The translations under genes were made by a program, and so were the position numbers. Shown piece by piece: positions 38,071 to 51,869 of a stretch of DNA of 64,000 bases. Below the pieces are notes generated by a model. It did no database searches and was not told the origin of the DNA. It was given only the letters and a program-made list of their open reading frames with translations. Each line of letters opens with the position of its first letter. The stretch's first letter is position 1. The DNA comes from the human T2T-CHM13v2.0 reference genome, Homo sapiens, in NCBI RefSeq assembly GCF_009914755.1, contig NC_060933.1. One strand, given 5' to 3'.

Positions 38071-38646
38071 ACACTTACTCTATGGTTTCCTGAGGAGAAT
38101 TAAATAAGATAATATATTTAGTACAAGGCCTGGTTGATTGTAGATACTAATAAACATCTATGTCACCCTTTCCTGCTTTCTTTGTCTTCTCTTAAGACCA
38201 ATTCTATTTTATCTCTGTAATTGTACTGAATTGGTTTCCTAAGAGGCCAGAACTTTCCAATTTCTCGCACAAAGTCCATGATTTTCCTTTATTTCTATAC
38301 ATTCTTTTGGCCCCTCAAAAGAAGTCTTCCTGAATTTTAGCAGGATTTGCTTCACATTTTCCTGGTGTGTTAGGAGTTTCTAGAAAATGAAGATGCATTA
38401 CTTAAGGAGGTACATGGAGTCTCTTTCCATCGTAGGGGTGGAGTATCATCTTATTGGAAGTCAGGTCAGTGCGAACCCACAGGGATAATTGTCAACTGGA
38501 GGCAAGTGAAATAACAGGCACGTGAGTCAGTTTATCAGGAGCCCACATAGTCTGCATGGTGTTCTGTAATTGTCCATGTGGTGAGAAAATTACCCTTCTA
38601 TTATTCCATGAAAGAGTGGGGTTGAAAAATGTGCAGCGATGGGGTC

Positions 38647-39466
38647 TATAAACCAAAAGTAAAATTCGAAGGCCCCTCGCCTCAACTATCTGAATGGACT
38701 TCCTCCTTTAGGTCAGGACCCTCTAATTTTAACCTGAAAGACTGGTTCAGGGCATGACAGGAAGGGGCTGGTGTGCAAACATGTCTTATTATGCACTCCT
38801 CCCTTTTGGAATTCATGAAAAGACAACCAGCATGTAACATCAACACAGACCTTAAGTCTGATAAGAAACATTTACAACAAGTATGTCCCATCTTTTGGCT
38901 TCCCTGGGCCACATCGGAAGAAGAATTGTCTTGGGTCACACAAAAATACACTAACATTAATGATAGCAGATTAACTTTAAAAAATCACCAAAATCATAAA
39001 AGTTTACGAATTTGTGTTGGGCTACTTTCAAAACCATCCTGGGCCGCATGTGGCCTATGGGCTGGACAAGCTTCATTTACAATCTGTTCTCTCTGAAGCC
39101 TGCTACCTGGAGGCTTCAACTGCATGATAAAACTTTGGTCTACATAACCTCTTATAACCCAGACATTCCTTTCTATTGATAATAACTGTTTCAACTATTG
39201 CCAATAAGAACATTAAAAAATCCTAGCTATAATCTAGAAGCCCCCTGCACTCCCCAGTTTGATGGACCAAACCAGTGTATATTTTAAATGTATTTGATTG
39301 ATGTCTTATGTCTACCTAACATGTATAAAACCAAGCTGTGCCCTGACTACCTTGGGGATATGTTCTCAGGGTCTCCTGAGGGCTGTGTCATGGGCCATGT
39401 GTTACTTATATTTGGTTCAGAACAAATCTCTTCAAATGTTTTAGAGTTGGACTTTTCTCATGGACA
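38647..39466 (+). mobile_element. MER4 (B/D-like) solo LTR, interrupted by MER30
   Basis: TATAAACCAAAAGTAAAATTC start and AAATCTCTTCAAATGTTTTAGAG...GACA end; flanks GGTC/GGTG. Confidence 0.85.
38878..39074 (+). mobile_element. MER30 hAT-Charlie MITE
   Basis: ATCTTTTGGCTTCCCTGGGCCAC...GGACAAGCTT; perfect 8-bp TSD ATTTACAA (38870-38877 and 39075-39082). Confidence 0.92.
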
Positions 39467-39567
39467 GGTGGGAAGATTCAAGTCCAGATTCTGCCTATGA
39501 ATCTGAGAGGTCTTGCTTGGGGATCTGCTTTGATCCTTGGTTTCTTCACCTGCTACCGACTTCACTG

Positions 39568-39997
39568 TGTGTTCTAGATGGTTGCTGTTTGCCCCTCTAA
39601 TCTTCCCCTCACTCTCTGTACTCTGAAGTCCTGTGTGGACTTCTGGCTTCTGTCAGTCTCAGCCAATGAGGAGCATTAGCAGAACCAAGGAAGGGAGGAA
39701 GGGTGAGGCCAGCTATTGAATTCCCTGCCCCTTCTCTTCCTCATCAATCTGAGGTCACAGGCCCTGTCAGATCGTGCAGAGCTCTCTCTGACTCTGGGTT
39801 CCTGTGACCGTTTTCTCCCCTCCTTCCTTCAGCCCTGGGGGTAGGAACAACACCCCAGTAAAATTGGCCCTGCCTGGGGCGCTGTACTGTCTTACTGATT
39901 CCCTATACCCAGCCTACAGCCTTGCACATACTTTATTAATCTGTCCTTAAACTACTCATTTTGAGTGTCATCACCTTACTGCAGGGATCCTGACACA
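39568..39997 (+). mobile_element. LTR33-like LTR
   Basis: GTTTGCCCCTC..CTTCTGGCTTCTG..CAGCCAATGAGGAGC..TTTGAGTGTCATC. Confidence 0.6.
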
Positions 39998-40084
39998 TGG
40001 TCATGTACTACTATTTGAATAATGTGTCACAGCTTACAAAACTCTTCAAGATAATCTTACCTCAAGTTATTTTACTTTTTAATG

Positions 40085-40316
40085 TATTTAGTGATTAAGT
40101 GCATGGGCTCTGGAGTTCCTAGAAATATGACCTTAGGCAAATTGTATAAGTTCTCTGTGCCTTAAGTTCCTTTATGTGCAAAGTGGTGATGATAATAATA
40201 GTATCTATCCCACGAGTTTATTATTTTCCTTAGGCTGAAACAAGACATATACTGAATATAAAGCACTCAGCAAAAATCCCTGGGTCCTATTAGTGCTCAA
40301 TGAATTTTACCCATTG
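40085..40316 (+). mobile_element. MIR
   Basis: GATTAAGTGCATGGGCTCTGGAG..TGACCTTAGGCAA..CTCTGTGCCT..GTGCTCAATGAAT. Confidence 0.75.
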
Positions 40317-40354
40317 CTGGTTGGAGTATTTGATTATTCTTACTGCTTGTCTGC

Positions 40355-43300
40355 TGCTTCAGGTTTTGGATTCTCCAAAAGCAGACACTGAGATGGAGTT
40401 TGGGGTGCAAAAGGTTTATTAGTGATCAACACCTGTGAAAGGCAATGAGGAGAAAGTAGGGCTGAACAGAGGAAGAAACTGACCTGTGAGGCAGGCCTGA
40501 TGAAGCTTCAGTCCTCCCAGCAGTGAACTCTGGAGTGAATATTGCCCATCAGTGTTCCATATTGAACCAAAATGGACCAGCCTTTTTATCCCTGCCTCCT
40601 TCAGTTGCCAGGAGTTGGCTGTACAGAGAAGGGCATGACCTTAGCTACCTCTGTGCAGCTGAAGCCAGAGAAGGAGCTGGCAATTGGAAGCTGTCTGCTT
40701 ATGGTCCCCAGACAGGCAGCAAGTTCATCCTTGAAGAGGAATCTGGGCTGTACAATTCTGTCAACTATAGTGCCTTTCAGATTCACTCTTCCATATACAT
40801 TCAGGGAGCAACTTCTACAGGATCTGATGGACTTCACTTCCTGAGGGGAAATAAGAAGAGGGAGGTTGGAGGTATAAACTATAGTCCATGCCGTTGTAGT
40901 TGGTTTCAGAGCTACTAGTTGGTGCTCATTTCCCTCCTTCACTATTCAGCCTAGGTTACCCTCCCCTCTGCCTCAATGGCTTACCTGTTAATGAATGAAA
41001 CCCAACCATCATGTTGAAGGGGAGCACCTAAGCACCTGGTCATTATGCCCTTCACAGGCTAGGGTTACTGCACTTGTCTATTTACAGTCAAATTGGGCAA
41101 GGGAGTACCAAGTGAATCACCTGGGTTCCACGTGTATTCCTGTCTCTGTGCACACCATCCCTACCTTCTCCTCATGATCAGGGTCAATTGCCCCTGCCAG
41201 TGTTGTGACTCCTCTTCTTGCCTATCGGTCTCTGTCCACAAGTCACAAATTCAGAGTGCCCAGGTGGCAACGGCAGCTGAAAATTTAATGGGACTCTTGC
41301 GTTGTCTCCTAGCAGTGAAAGTGTATCTCATTTGGCACCAGAACTTCTAACTGTCCAGAGCCTGGAGTGGTAGGAATGGAAAGCACAAAGTCCCCCTGTG
41401 GGTGATAAAGAGTGATAGTAGGTGGGGCCACTACTGCCTCTTCCGTTTGGTTTCCACACACACGTATTCTTCCTATTGGAGACATAATGCCATATAGCAT
41501 TTGATTCATTTCTGTATGCTACACCCTGAAGGATGGCAACCCATCATTATAAATTATTATGTATGGGGCTGGCAGTTATGCCTTTGGCAGGCCATTCCAG
41601 CACTCTATCAGGCTGGTAGCTCCTGGGTACCGTGGTATAAGTCCAGGAGGATCCCAGCAGTGGGTCCTGGGACCACTCCTATACCTCTTTTGCTGTCGTG
41701 TGAATCTACTGGTCTGATTTGAAATTTGTGGAATCCCATGCCATTGGAGCAAGCATTCCTTACTCAGATAGTCATGTGGATTAGACCTTATGGGCAAGAA
41801 AGTAAAACCTATATATGAGTAAATTGTCTATTCCAATGGGAAAGAACCATTGGCCCTCTCAGGATGAAAGGATCCAACGTATGCAGCTTGCCACCAAGTG
41901 GCCAGTTTATGTCCTTGAGGAATGGCACCGTATTGGGAGCTCAGTGATGGTCTCTGTTGCTGGTGCATTGGATATTTGATTGCAACAATTGCTAAATCAA
42001 ACTTGATAAGTGGAGTGCATGCTGTTGGGCCCCGATTTCTGCCACTGTGGTCACTAAGTTCATGTCCCATTATGCCAGCACTGAGATGGTCAATGACAGA
42101 AACTAGCTGGCATTAAGTGGATAAATAATTTTGTCTGGTTGGTATCAACAAACACATTTTTAAAAATCTTCAGATTTCGTGTTCAATCCCATATGTTCAT
42201 CCATGTGACTGAATCACAAATTCCTTGCTTTTGATCTTCCAATTTTTTCCCTTCCAGACCCCCGGCCAGCTGTCCAGTCTATTCAGTGCTACACAGCAGT
42301 CCATATATATTCTAAATTTGGGTCTCTTCTCTTTCCAACTAAGAAAGTGAATGACTCATGCACTGCCCAAAGCTCTTCCCATTGGAAGGATTTTTTGCCT
42401 TTACTGTCATTTAAGGCTATCCCTGAAGGTAGTACAGCTGCTTCCACATACAGAGCCAATTCATCTGTAAGCCATTTTTTTTCCTCCTCTTTTAGCTGGT
42501 CATAAGGGATCTGTCACACAGATATAGATATGAGCTGAGAGAGTCATGCTTTTGTAACAGTGTTGGACACCATGGGAGTCTGAGCTACCTCCATGGTCAT
42601 ATTGATGCAAAATATAATGCTTCCGTCTTATGATCAATTGTTGCTAAGCCCATTTGACTTTATGATTTGGTGTATCTGGTAAGACTTAACTAATCATGGG
42701 CAGTTCTAGTATGGCCATTTGGTGTCCCATGCTCAGGAATTCTGTCCCTCCAGTAGCCTAGTAGCATGTCAGGGGTTATTTTCGAAGGTATATGCTCCTC
42801 TGTTGTGAATGACATAACCTTGCTCCAGAATTCCAGGTGCCTGTGTTGAAATTGGGCTTATTGCAAAATCCATGTGACACCTCTTCCCACAACTGAAATC
42901 TGCAATAGATAGTCTCCACCAATATGTGTGAGCTATTCTATGTGTCAGGATCCTAGTTTTTTGTCCTTTTTTCCCCCCCCAAAGAAGGCCTTGGCATTGG
43001 TTTAACCTATGTCCCTTGGCAGAGCATTTAACCGCATTTAAATTCAGCTTATCGGATTGGGCTTGGTCCTTGACTTTCTTGGTCATTCCTCGTATCCAAA
43101 GTGGCCCTTTGTCTTTCATATTTGGCTTTCAATTTCTTGAAATTAAAATTTCTCAATTTCATGCTCACTCTTAAATGTTCATTTTCTTTCCGTAGCACAT
43201 CAGTGGTCCTTTGCAAAAGGTATTAATACCTTAGCCTGATAGCTCTGATTTCCTTCACATGTATCAAATGCCTGACACGTTGCACCCATTAGCCTCCATT

Positions 43301-43785
43301 CCACTGGTTCTCAATTCCAATTCCTTCCAATAAAAGTTTAACAGTTGAACTGCCAAAACCCCATCTTGTCACTTTTCCTCAGCCCGCTTCTAGAACAACT
43401 CTCACATGTTGGGTTCTTTGGAGTTTAGGACATGATGTTTATGGTTGACCACCTGCAATAGTAAAGGCAGGTGGGGAAGCAGGATTGGACTAGGAAGAAG
43501 TTGCACTGCCAATGCATGCCTGACAAAGTCTCAGCCTGGTAGGAAGTGAAAACTGCACATCTGAGTGTCCCACATTAAGCCAAAATGGCTTGGCCTTCAG
43601 ACCCTGCCATTCTCAGCCACCTGGTAGAGCCTGCTGCAGGAAGTGTGTGGCCTTGGGCAAAGTGGTTCTCTGTAGCTGAGGCAAACCCTAAAGAGAGTCA
43701 TCACTGGAGGCTGTTTGCTCATTGCAGCTGGGTAGAGAGTCCTTCCTTGAGGGGAGATCTGGGCAATACATCTCTGTCTACCACA
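40355..43785 (-). mobile_element. Two-LTR ERV-L-class provirus remnant (LTR16/HERV16-like); LTRs ~40355-40769 and ~43400-43785
   Basis: Related LTRs in the same orientation. ORFs 41828..42070 (HELSDHSG..QQQRPSLS..YGAIP..ATWWQ), 41576..41797 (HGIP..LIECWNGL) and 41309..41509 (LEVLVP) match ERV-L integrase and the integrase/dUTPase junction. Flanks TCTGC/TGTGC. Confidence 0.85.
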
Positions 43786-43919
43786 TGTGCTATTATTCAG
43801 CAGTTGGCATATGAAGTGGTATCAAATGTAATTGCAAGGCCACTTATTCATAAGTAGAATGTCATAAAATTCTCTCTAGATGGGGAGAATTATCAGCTTG
43901 ATACAGAACAGCTTGGATC

Positions 43920-44260
43920 ACCATTTTCCCAGAAGTGTCTTCCCATTATCGTTAGTTCCATGAGAAACGCTAAGCCAAAAACAACAACAATAACAAAGCA
44001 AAACAAAAAACAAAAAAACACCTCAAGTCAAATCCATTTGAAAAGGTTGATGCATTACATCCCTCTCTTGGAGATTCATAGTGACAGTGACATATTTCAA
44101 GCTTTGAGAAGTCCTGCATGAAAAATACATGTTAAATTAGTTTAATTCAGTGTATCTAGCATTTATTTGATTATGGGAACCACCCCCACCTCTTCGTAGG
44201 TAACATCTGTCAGGACTTGTGGAAATAGGATTCATAGAAACATACTTAGGACAATGCTAG
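43920..44260 (-). mobile_element. MER103-like hAT-Charlie element
   Basis: CTCTTGGAGATTCA..GCTTTGAGAAGTCCTGCA..TTTATTTGA. Confidence 0.65.
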
Positions 44261-44314
44261 GCTAGAGCACTTTGAGTGGTGGGCCCCAAGGAATCAAATC
44301 ACCTCTGTGTTACA

Positions 44315-44711
44315 CAACCCACATGTCTATTGACAGATAAGTGGATAAAGAAAACGTGGTACATACATACAATGGAATATTATTCAGCCTTAAAGAAGAA
44401 AATCCTGCCATTTGGGACAACATGGCTGAAACTACAGGATATTATGCTAATAATCCAGTCACAGAAGAAAAAGTACTGCGTGATTCCACTTACATGGTGA
44501 ATCTAAAATAGTCAAACTCATAGAAGCAGGGAATAGAACCGTGGTTACCAGGGGCGGGGGAGTTGTTGTTCAATTGGTATAAAGTTTCAGTTATGCAAGA
44601 TGAATTAGTTCCAGAGATCTGCTGGACAGCATGGTGCCTGTAGTCCACAATGCTGTATTATGCATTCAAAAATTTGTTGGGAGGGTAGATCTCACACATT
44701 GTGTTCTTAAC

Positions 44712-44768
<57 letters not shown>

Positions 44769-44916
44769 TAGGAAATGTTGAAGGTGATAGATATGTCTAT
44801 TGCCTTAATCTTATGTTAATAGTTTCACAGGAGTATGCTTATATCCCAATTTGTCAAATTGTATACATTAAATTTGTGCAGTTTATATCAACTGCACTTC
44901 AATAAAACCTTTTAAA
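44315..44916 (+). mobile_element. L1MA10/L1MB-like 3' fragment
   Basis: WIKKTWYIHTMEYYSA in ORF 44276..44500. TSD AAATCACC(T/C)CT(G/A)TGTTACA at 44296-44314 and 44917-44935 (17/19). Confidence 0.88.
44715..44764. repeat. (CA)25 microsatellite
   Basis: Uninterrupted CA run. Confidence 0.97.
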
Positions 44917-45954
44917 AAATCACCCCTATGTTACAGTGGTACTAGCTTTATCCATCAAGCCTAACCCTGGAACTCATGGAAGGTCCCTAGAAATGCAAGA
45001 GGTTTGAAACAGGAGAAAGAGCTTATTGAGGAACTGACACTGCCCCTTAAAGGGAAGAAATGAAGTGCTCATGTAGATAGGACAGTCCTCAAGCACAGGA
45101 GGAAGGGGGTAAATGATTGCAGTCAGAGCCTGTGGAATAAGAGTGCTGCTTTCAGAAAGTGGCTGCAGAGGCTAGGATCCATTCTGCAAAGAGTAGACAG
45201 GAGCTGCCCTTCAAGAGGCAGATGACAGGAGGGTTCCATAGTCAACAGCAGGACACATGGGCCAACTTCCAGGCCAAATGGATGCCTTGGACTCTGGCTC
45301 TTCCAGCTGTTGCTTTTGGTCTTTTCATATAACCAAATCTAATACCAGTTTAGAGAAATATTTATACCAGTAAGCACCATGAATAAAACATGTACTTGGA
45401 ATTGTTTGCATATGACATCACTTTGGAAAAATCATGACACCTGTTCACACAGTATTTACTGATTAACCAATTTAAACAAATCATGTGTAGAGAATTCGAG
45501 GAACAATTCAAGATTGTACTATTTTCCCCATAAATGGTCTCTTTTATACCCATGGAACTTGGAGTCCATAAACATTAGATTATAAATATCTGAATACAGT
45601 TAGGTGCCTTTCAAAAGCAGCAGGAAAGAAAACAATATGGAATCTTTGGGGAGAGTAAATGGTCAAAAGGTCATGGAGAAAACTCAGTGGCATCTCCAAA
45701 CTGGGAAAAGCAAAACACATCTGTTTTTTTCTCCTTTCTGCAACAACACTTTTCCCCCCACAGGATTCATGCATGTGGCTGTAAAGGCTTTATAAAAAAA
45801 TTCATTTACATGATGTTCTGAATAGATAGGAATTTTTATTATATAAAATTGTATAAGTGGAAACACATGCATTCTCCTTGTTTCTTATCTCTATAGTTAC
45901 ATTTATAAAGAGTAGCTTCTTCTCTAGGAAGATGTGTTTATTTGGTAACTCTCA

Positions 45955-46381
45955 ATGGCAGACAAGCAGTGCGCCACGGAGGACTGACACACCCATATCT
46001 CTCCTTCCATCCTGTGCCTTCTGTAGGTTCTGTATTTCCCGGTTCCTCTGGGATTTGCATCTCTCTAGAATCATGCAGCTGAGTTTTGACAACAGAACAT
46101 GGTCAGAAGCCATGTGTCCTCTTGTTGACCTCCAAGCTTACTGCATTAAAACCTCCCCCACAATCCTTCATCTTGTCTTCTGCTGTCCACTGGCAAGATG
46201 CAAAGGACCTGGCAGAAGGTTCTGAGGCTGCAGGGCAGGGTGATGCTACATGGAAGGCCATCCATTGACCTGGAGCATGCACGTTGCATTTTGCTTGAGT
46301 AAGAAATGAATTCATATTTGGTTAAGCTTCTGAGGTTTCAGAGTTTGTTTGTTATAGCAACCAGCATTTCTTAAGTAACAT
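45955..46381 (+). mobile_element. Old MLT1 (I/J-like) LTR
   Basis: GAGTAAGAAATGAATTC..GTTAAGCTTCTGAGGTTTCAGAGTTTGTTTGTTATAGCA. Confidence 0.6.
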
Positions 46382-46519
46382 AAGTTACTTACCATTGTGT
46401 TGAATGTCGTTAAAGAGACAGTTTCACAAACAAGGGAGGGGAAAAGTAGAGACAGACTAAAAGTTTATATATATATAATTTTTTTCTTCCTCCTCTTTAA
46501 ATAGAAATAAAGATCTCAG

Positions 46520-46870
46520 AGCTTTATTTACACATTCATTTCCCCACCGTAATATCACATCAATCCCTAATTTTTACAAATGACAACACTGAGGCTCAGA
46601 GAAGGGCATTGATTTTCAGTGTCATATCAGAGAATGGTGGAGCTGGGACGTGAACTCTGTTCTATTTCTACTATGCTGTGAGTCAGTACATATTTTATCT
46701 ATTTCATTTCACCAAGAACTTTGAAAAACCAAAATGTAATGAATGTTAGGGAGGTGATGATCAAGACAGAGAGCTGGGCCCCTCATCCCAGTGCAAAATA
46801 ACTTTGTAAATTTAGACAAATCATTTAACTTCTCTGTGCCTTACTTTCTCATCTGGAAAAATTTAGATGT
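46520..46870. mobile_element. Two MIR fragments (minus ~46520-46680, plus ~46760-46870)
   Basis: ACTGAGGCTCAGAGAAGG and TCATTTAACTTCTCTGTGCCT. Confidence 0.65.
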
Positions 46871-47664
46871 TGGCCCTGCAACAATTTGCAAAATATACAC
46901 CACAAACCTCCAGGATTTCAAAGAATTCCTGGACAGGAATGGTGGGGGCAGGACGAGTGTCCTGGACTGTAGCCTACGCATCCATTTCAACCAGGACGGC
47001 TCCGCATGACCTTTTTGTGTATATAAGTGTTCCTTTAGATACAGGTTTATATATAAGGTTTTGTTTTATCAATGTTTAACTACTAATACAATTTCAACAA
47101 TTGGAAATTGTACTTCCAGGTCCATGCCTGCAGTATTCTAAAGAAGGGGCGCATAGCATAGAGATGTTGCTGAAAGGATTGCCCAGATTAAGTCTTTGGT
47201 TATTAGGTTTTGTCCAAAGCATTCTCAACTCTGATAACTCCAGTTCATCTGACGGGCTTCTGTTTTAGCTGTGCTCTTTTGAAATGTCACTCTCCACAGT
47301 GCCCTACAGAAGAGAAAATTCAATTATGCAAAAAACCTCCACTCCAAATGACATCACCAATTTGTTTTACCTTTCCTGCCCTCTTATATTCCACCCCCAG
47401 CCTTTTGCAAACATAATTCAAAATAAATATTGCCTCTTTCATCAAGACTGGAACTTGAGGCTTTGTTTGAAATCACCTTGGCATATCCCTTAGGCCAGGG
47501 GTGAAGAATGACAAAGTGAGACCTGAACATGCTGAAATGTTGGGCCCCTTTATTGCACCTCAGGTCCTGCCAGCTCCCCTTTCCCAGGTTTCTAAATTGC
47601 CGAACACTCAAACTCCTTTTGTACTTCCTTCTATGGGACTTAAACTTATATTGTCAGATCTTAC

Positions 47665-47929
47665 AAAGCCAAATGGTGTCATGAATAAAGTGGCCATGGG
47701 TGGCAAGGATGGAGGTCATGCATGGGCTCAGCCAAATGTACTTCTACTTACCAAGGTGGACCTGGTTACAGCAACCACTGAATATATACAAACTGTTAGC
47801 AATAGAGGCCAACACTCAGCTCCAATGTGGTACCATTCCCTGGGGTGATCAGCTAGCTACCTGGTGGCAGGAGATTGAGTTATGGTATAGGGACATGTGT
47901 TTGGGTGCCAAGTTGACAAGGGGTGGACT
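47665..47929 (+). mobile_element. HERV-L internal fragment (integrase N-terminus joined to the 3' end and polypurine tract)
   Basis: GGKDGGHAWAQ..LTKVDL and PWGDQLATWWQ, then GGGTGCCAAGTTGACAAGGGGTGGAC. Confidence 0.8.
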
Positions 47930-48490
47930 TAATTTTATGTGTCAACTCTACTGGGTTAAGAGATGCCTGGGTAGCTAGTAAACATTATTTCTGGATGTGT
48001 CTGTGAGGGTGTTTCCAGAAGACATTAGGATTTGAATTAGTAGATTGAGCAATGAAGATTTGCCCTGAGTAAAGAAAACTTGAGGACATCATCCCATCCT
48101 TTGAGGACCCTGATAGAGCAAAGAGGGGAAGGAAGAGCAAATCCTGTATTTCTCTTCTTGAACTGGGACATCTGTCTTCTCATGCCCTCAGACATTGGAG
48201 CTCCTAGTTCTCAGACCTTTGACGTTGGGCTGCTAGTTATATCATTTGCTCACTGTGTTCTCAGGCTTTTGAACTTGGATTGAATTGAACCACTGGCTTT
48301 CCTGGTTCTTCAGCTTACACATGGCATATCTTGGGTCTTCTTAGTCTCCATAATCATATGAGCTAATTCCTCATAATAAACCTAATCTCATCTATCTATC
48401 TACCTACCTACGTACCTACTTACTATTATCTATCTACTATCTATCTGCTTACTGTTAGTTTTTTTTCTCTGCAGAACCCTGACTAACACA
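47930..48490 (+). mobile_element. MLT2 (C/D-like) 3' LTR
   Basis: TAATTTTATGTGTCAACT...GAACCCTGACTAACACA, containing a (TCTA/CCTA)n tract. Confidence 0.85.
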
Positions 48491-48806
48491 TAGGGGATGG
48501 ATGGTGTTATCTGAACAAATAAAATGTAAACAATCTACTTCAGTGAGGACATCAAAAATCTGTTTGCAAGAGGGAAAATTCTATCCAGGGTATAGTTCTT
48601 CATTGATTGTATCTTCTGAGTTATGTTTGGTACTCTTACAACAATATCTGAGGAGAGCAAAACAAATTATATCCCAAAACCAAAAGGCAAACAGAATGAA
48701 AGGAGAAAGTAAAAAATATTAATTTCATTGGAAGTTAAAATTCATAATACATCCTTGACTCTTAAGATACATTCCAAGGATTTTCTGACTGATGTCAACA
48801 TATATA

Positions 48807-50142
48807 TTTTTTATTGCGGTTAAATTTACAAACATAAAATTAACCATTTTAAAGTGAACAATTCAGTGGCATTTAGTACATTTCCAGTGTTGTGCAACCG
48901 TCACCTGTATCTAGTTTTGAAAACATTTGTGTCATCCTGAAGTAAAGTTCCATACTTGTTAAGCAGTTACTTTCTATTCCCCTCTCTCTCTCTTCAGCCT
49001 CTGGCAACCACCAATCTACTTTCTGTTTCTGTGTATTTACCTATTCTGAATCTTTTATATAAATGGAGTCTAACAAAATGTGACTTTTTGTTTTTGACTT
49101 CTTTTCACTTAGAATAGCATTTTCACAGTTAAATCATGTTGTAGCCTATATCAGTATCTCATTCCTTTTTATTGCTAAATATTCCAATATATAAATGTAC
49201 CACAAGTAAAAAATCTATTCATCTGTTGATGGAGATTTGGTTTTAGACTATGGTAAACAGTGCTTCTATGAACATTTGTGTACAAATACTTTTTTGAGCA
49301 CCTGTTTTCAATCCTTTCAGGTATATACCTAGGAATGAAATTACAAAGTCATGGAATAATTCCATGCTTAACTTTTTAAGGAATTGACAAAACTATTTTT
49401 CACAGTGGCTGCACCGTTTTACATTCCCACCAGCAATGCACAAGGGTTCCGATTTCTCCATATTCTAACCAACACTTGTTATTTTCCATTTTTTAAATGC
49501 TAACCATCCAAGTGAGTGTGAAGTGTTATTGTGGTTTTGATTTGCATTTCCTGAATGACTAATGATGCTGAGCATCTTTTTAAATGCTTCTTGGCCATTT
49601 GTATATCTTTCAAGAAATGTCTATTTAAATTCTTTGCTCAATTTTTGATTGGGTTGTCTTTTCATTAAGTTCTAAGGGTTCTTTATGTATTCTAGATTCT
49701 AGCCCCTTACCAGAGATGTGATTTGCAGAGATATCCTCCCCTTCTGTAGGCTTCCTTTTAACTTTCTTGATAGTGTTATTTCATGCACAAAACTTGAAAA
49801 AAATTGATGATATCCAATTTATACATTTTTCTTTTGTTGTTTGAGTGTCATATCTAGGACATCATTGCCAAATCCAAGGTCATGAAGATTTACCCGCTTT
49901 CTTCTAAGAGTTTTATAGCTTTAGCTTTTATATTTAGGTCGTTGATCCATTTTGAGTTAATTTGTGTATATTGTGTGAGATAGGATTCCAGTTTTATTCT
50001 TTTGTGTGGAGATCCAGTTTTCCTAGCACCATTTGTTGAAGAGACTGGTTTTTTCTCCACTAAATAGTCTTGGCCCCCATGTTGAAAATCAATTGACCAT
50101 AGATGTATGGGTTTATCTTTGAACTCTCAATTCTATTCCAGT
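48807..50142 (-). mobile_element. L1MB3/4-like 3' fragment
   Basis: CATTTTAAAGTGAACAATTCAGTGGCATTTAGTACA 3' end, followed by antisense ORF2. Confidence 0.85.
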
Positions 50143-51869
50143 TGTTATTATATGTTTGAAAATTGACCTTGAGCATAATAAAATTTTATTCATCATGCAA
50201 CCAACATAATTCTGAATTAATTAGGCTAAAGTTTTGGGGAAGTTTTTCCAGTCAAGGTGTAAAAGCACTTTGCATCAGCCATCAATGGATGCTCAACATG
50301 GAGATTATTTCAGGGTTAGATTGCTCTGTAGCAGCATCTGCTTTCCTTCAATATTATGCCTTCAAACAAAATTTCAGTACACGTTTTCTGTCTAAGTCCA
50401 CATATGTCAAGTCGAAATGACTCACTTTAGATTCCTTGACCTAGGCAGTCTCAATATGAATCACCTCTTCTCGCTTTGCTTTTCTGCTACCAACTTTCCT
50501 ACTCCCACCTTCCATGTTTTGTAAATACTTTTACTTCTTTTTAATGGGAACTAAATACTTAGAATGAATTTTATTCTTCTTACCTTATCTTTAAGGAGAA
50601 CTCATTTAGGTATAAGTTCACATGCTTCTGGAAGTTTTTAGGGGAGTTCTTGTAGAAGGGAAGAAAATTATAAAGTAACTCTGTACTTTACACTTCTGAA
50701 AAAATGCAACTACAGCAAAGAAATTGGCAAGTCAATCAAACAGTGGTTAGCAAACTCTTCAGATCCTTTTAGAAAAGGTCGTATGCCTGATTAGGTTTGT
50801 GATTGAGGATGACACTGGAGAACAAGGGCTCCATTTGATGTCAAGTGTGCACTGCCTTTGTTATGCTACATGCTAGATATTTTTGATAATGGCGAGAGAT
50901 TTTGCTTCCTGGATTTGCCATGAAAACCCTATTTTTAAAAAAATGTAGTCCTTGGCATGGCGTCAAAGCACCTGCCTTCTCCTTAAATGGAGCTGCTTTT
51001 GGGAGTTCCTACTTAGCCACTCAACATGGACAATGTATGAAACCACATTGCATTTATCTACATGACAACCACAATCCATTTTATTACTAATTAGGAGCAA
51101 TTGTGTTTCCTTTTGAAAGGACAGAGTGGGTGGGAATGGAGTAAAGTATCACCATCTCACATCTGGCTCCTAATTTATGTCTCTCAAATCATTGTGGGTT
51201 GGAGGAAGGCAGTGACAGAGAAATTCCAAATATGAGTCTGAACTGTTGATGTTAAGACTTTCATGACATTATTGAACAAAATAAGTTCCTAAATATTCCT
51301 CTTTGTGAGTATCATGACTATTCATTTGTCTCCTAATCTAAGGATGTTAGAAGGGGTAGGCAGGTACAGGTAAATCTAGACAAACCGTTGGAAAAAAAAT
51401 CTCCTTTTCCAACATAGCTAAGTTATGATTTTAGAAGTTAAGCCATTCGTGTAAATGGAGCTAGCTCACTCCATGGTGATTCTAGCTTTGCAGCCGTATA
51501 CTTAATGCCTGCTACTTGCTCACATGTTCTTCTGTCAGCTACCCAATGCATGAGATTCCATTCCCTTGAGTTTTCTTCCTCCCATTTAAAGCTCTGATTA
51601 CCTCCAAAATGAACGTATAAGTAGGCTAATACCGAAGTTATTAAGGCAAATTTATGCTTTAGTGTAAATGAGAGTTTGAGCTTCAGGGTTCTGACATTTT
51701 GATAACTGGGTCTGATTTGGGGAATACTGTGCACAGATTGGAAAGGGGGCAGTAGCTCAGTCTAATGAAGCCTGTGTTGTGGGAGTAACTACTCTCCAAA
51801 TTTTCCTCAATTTACCTGGATTGACGACTGACTTGCACTTGTTGCCATAGGCAGAATTTCATCAACTGT

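Noticed and set aside
46909-46933. Small hairpin containing TTCAAAGAA (STAT-like site)
   Set aside because: The stem and motif are short enough to occur by chance.
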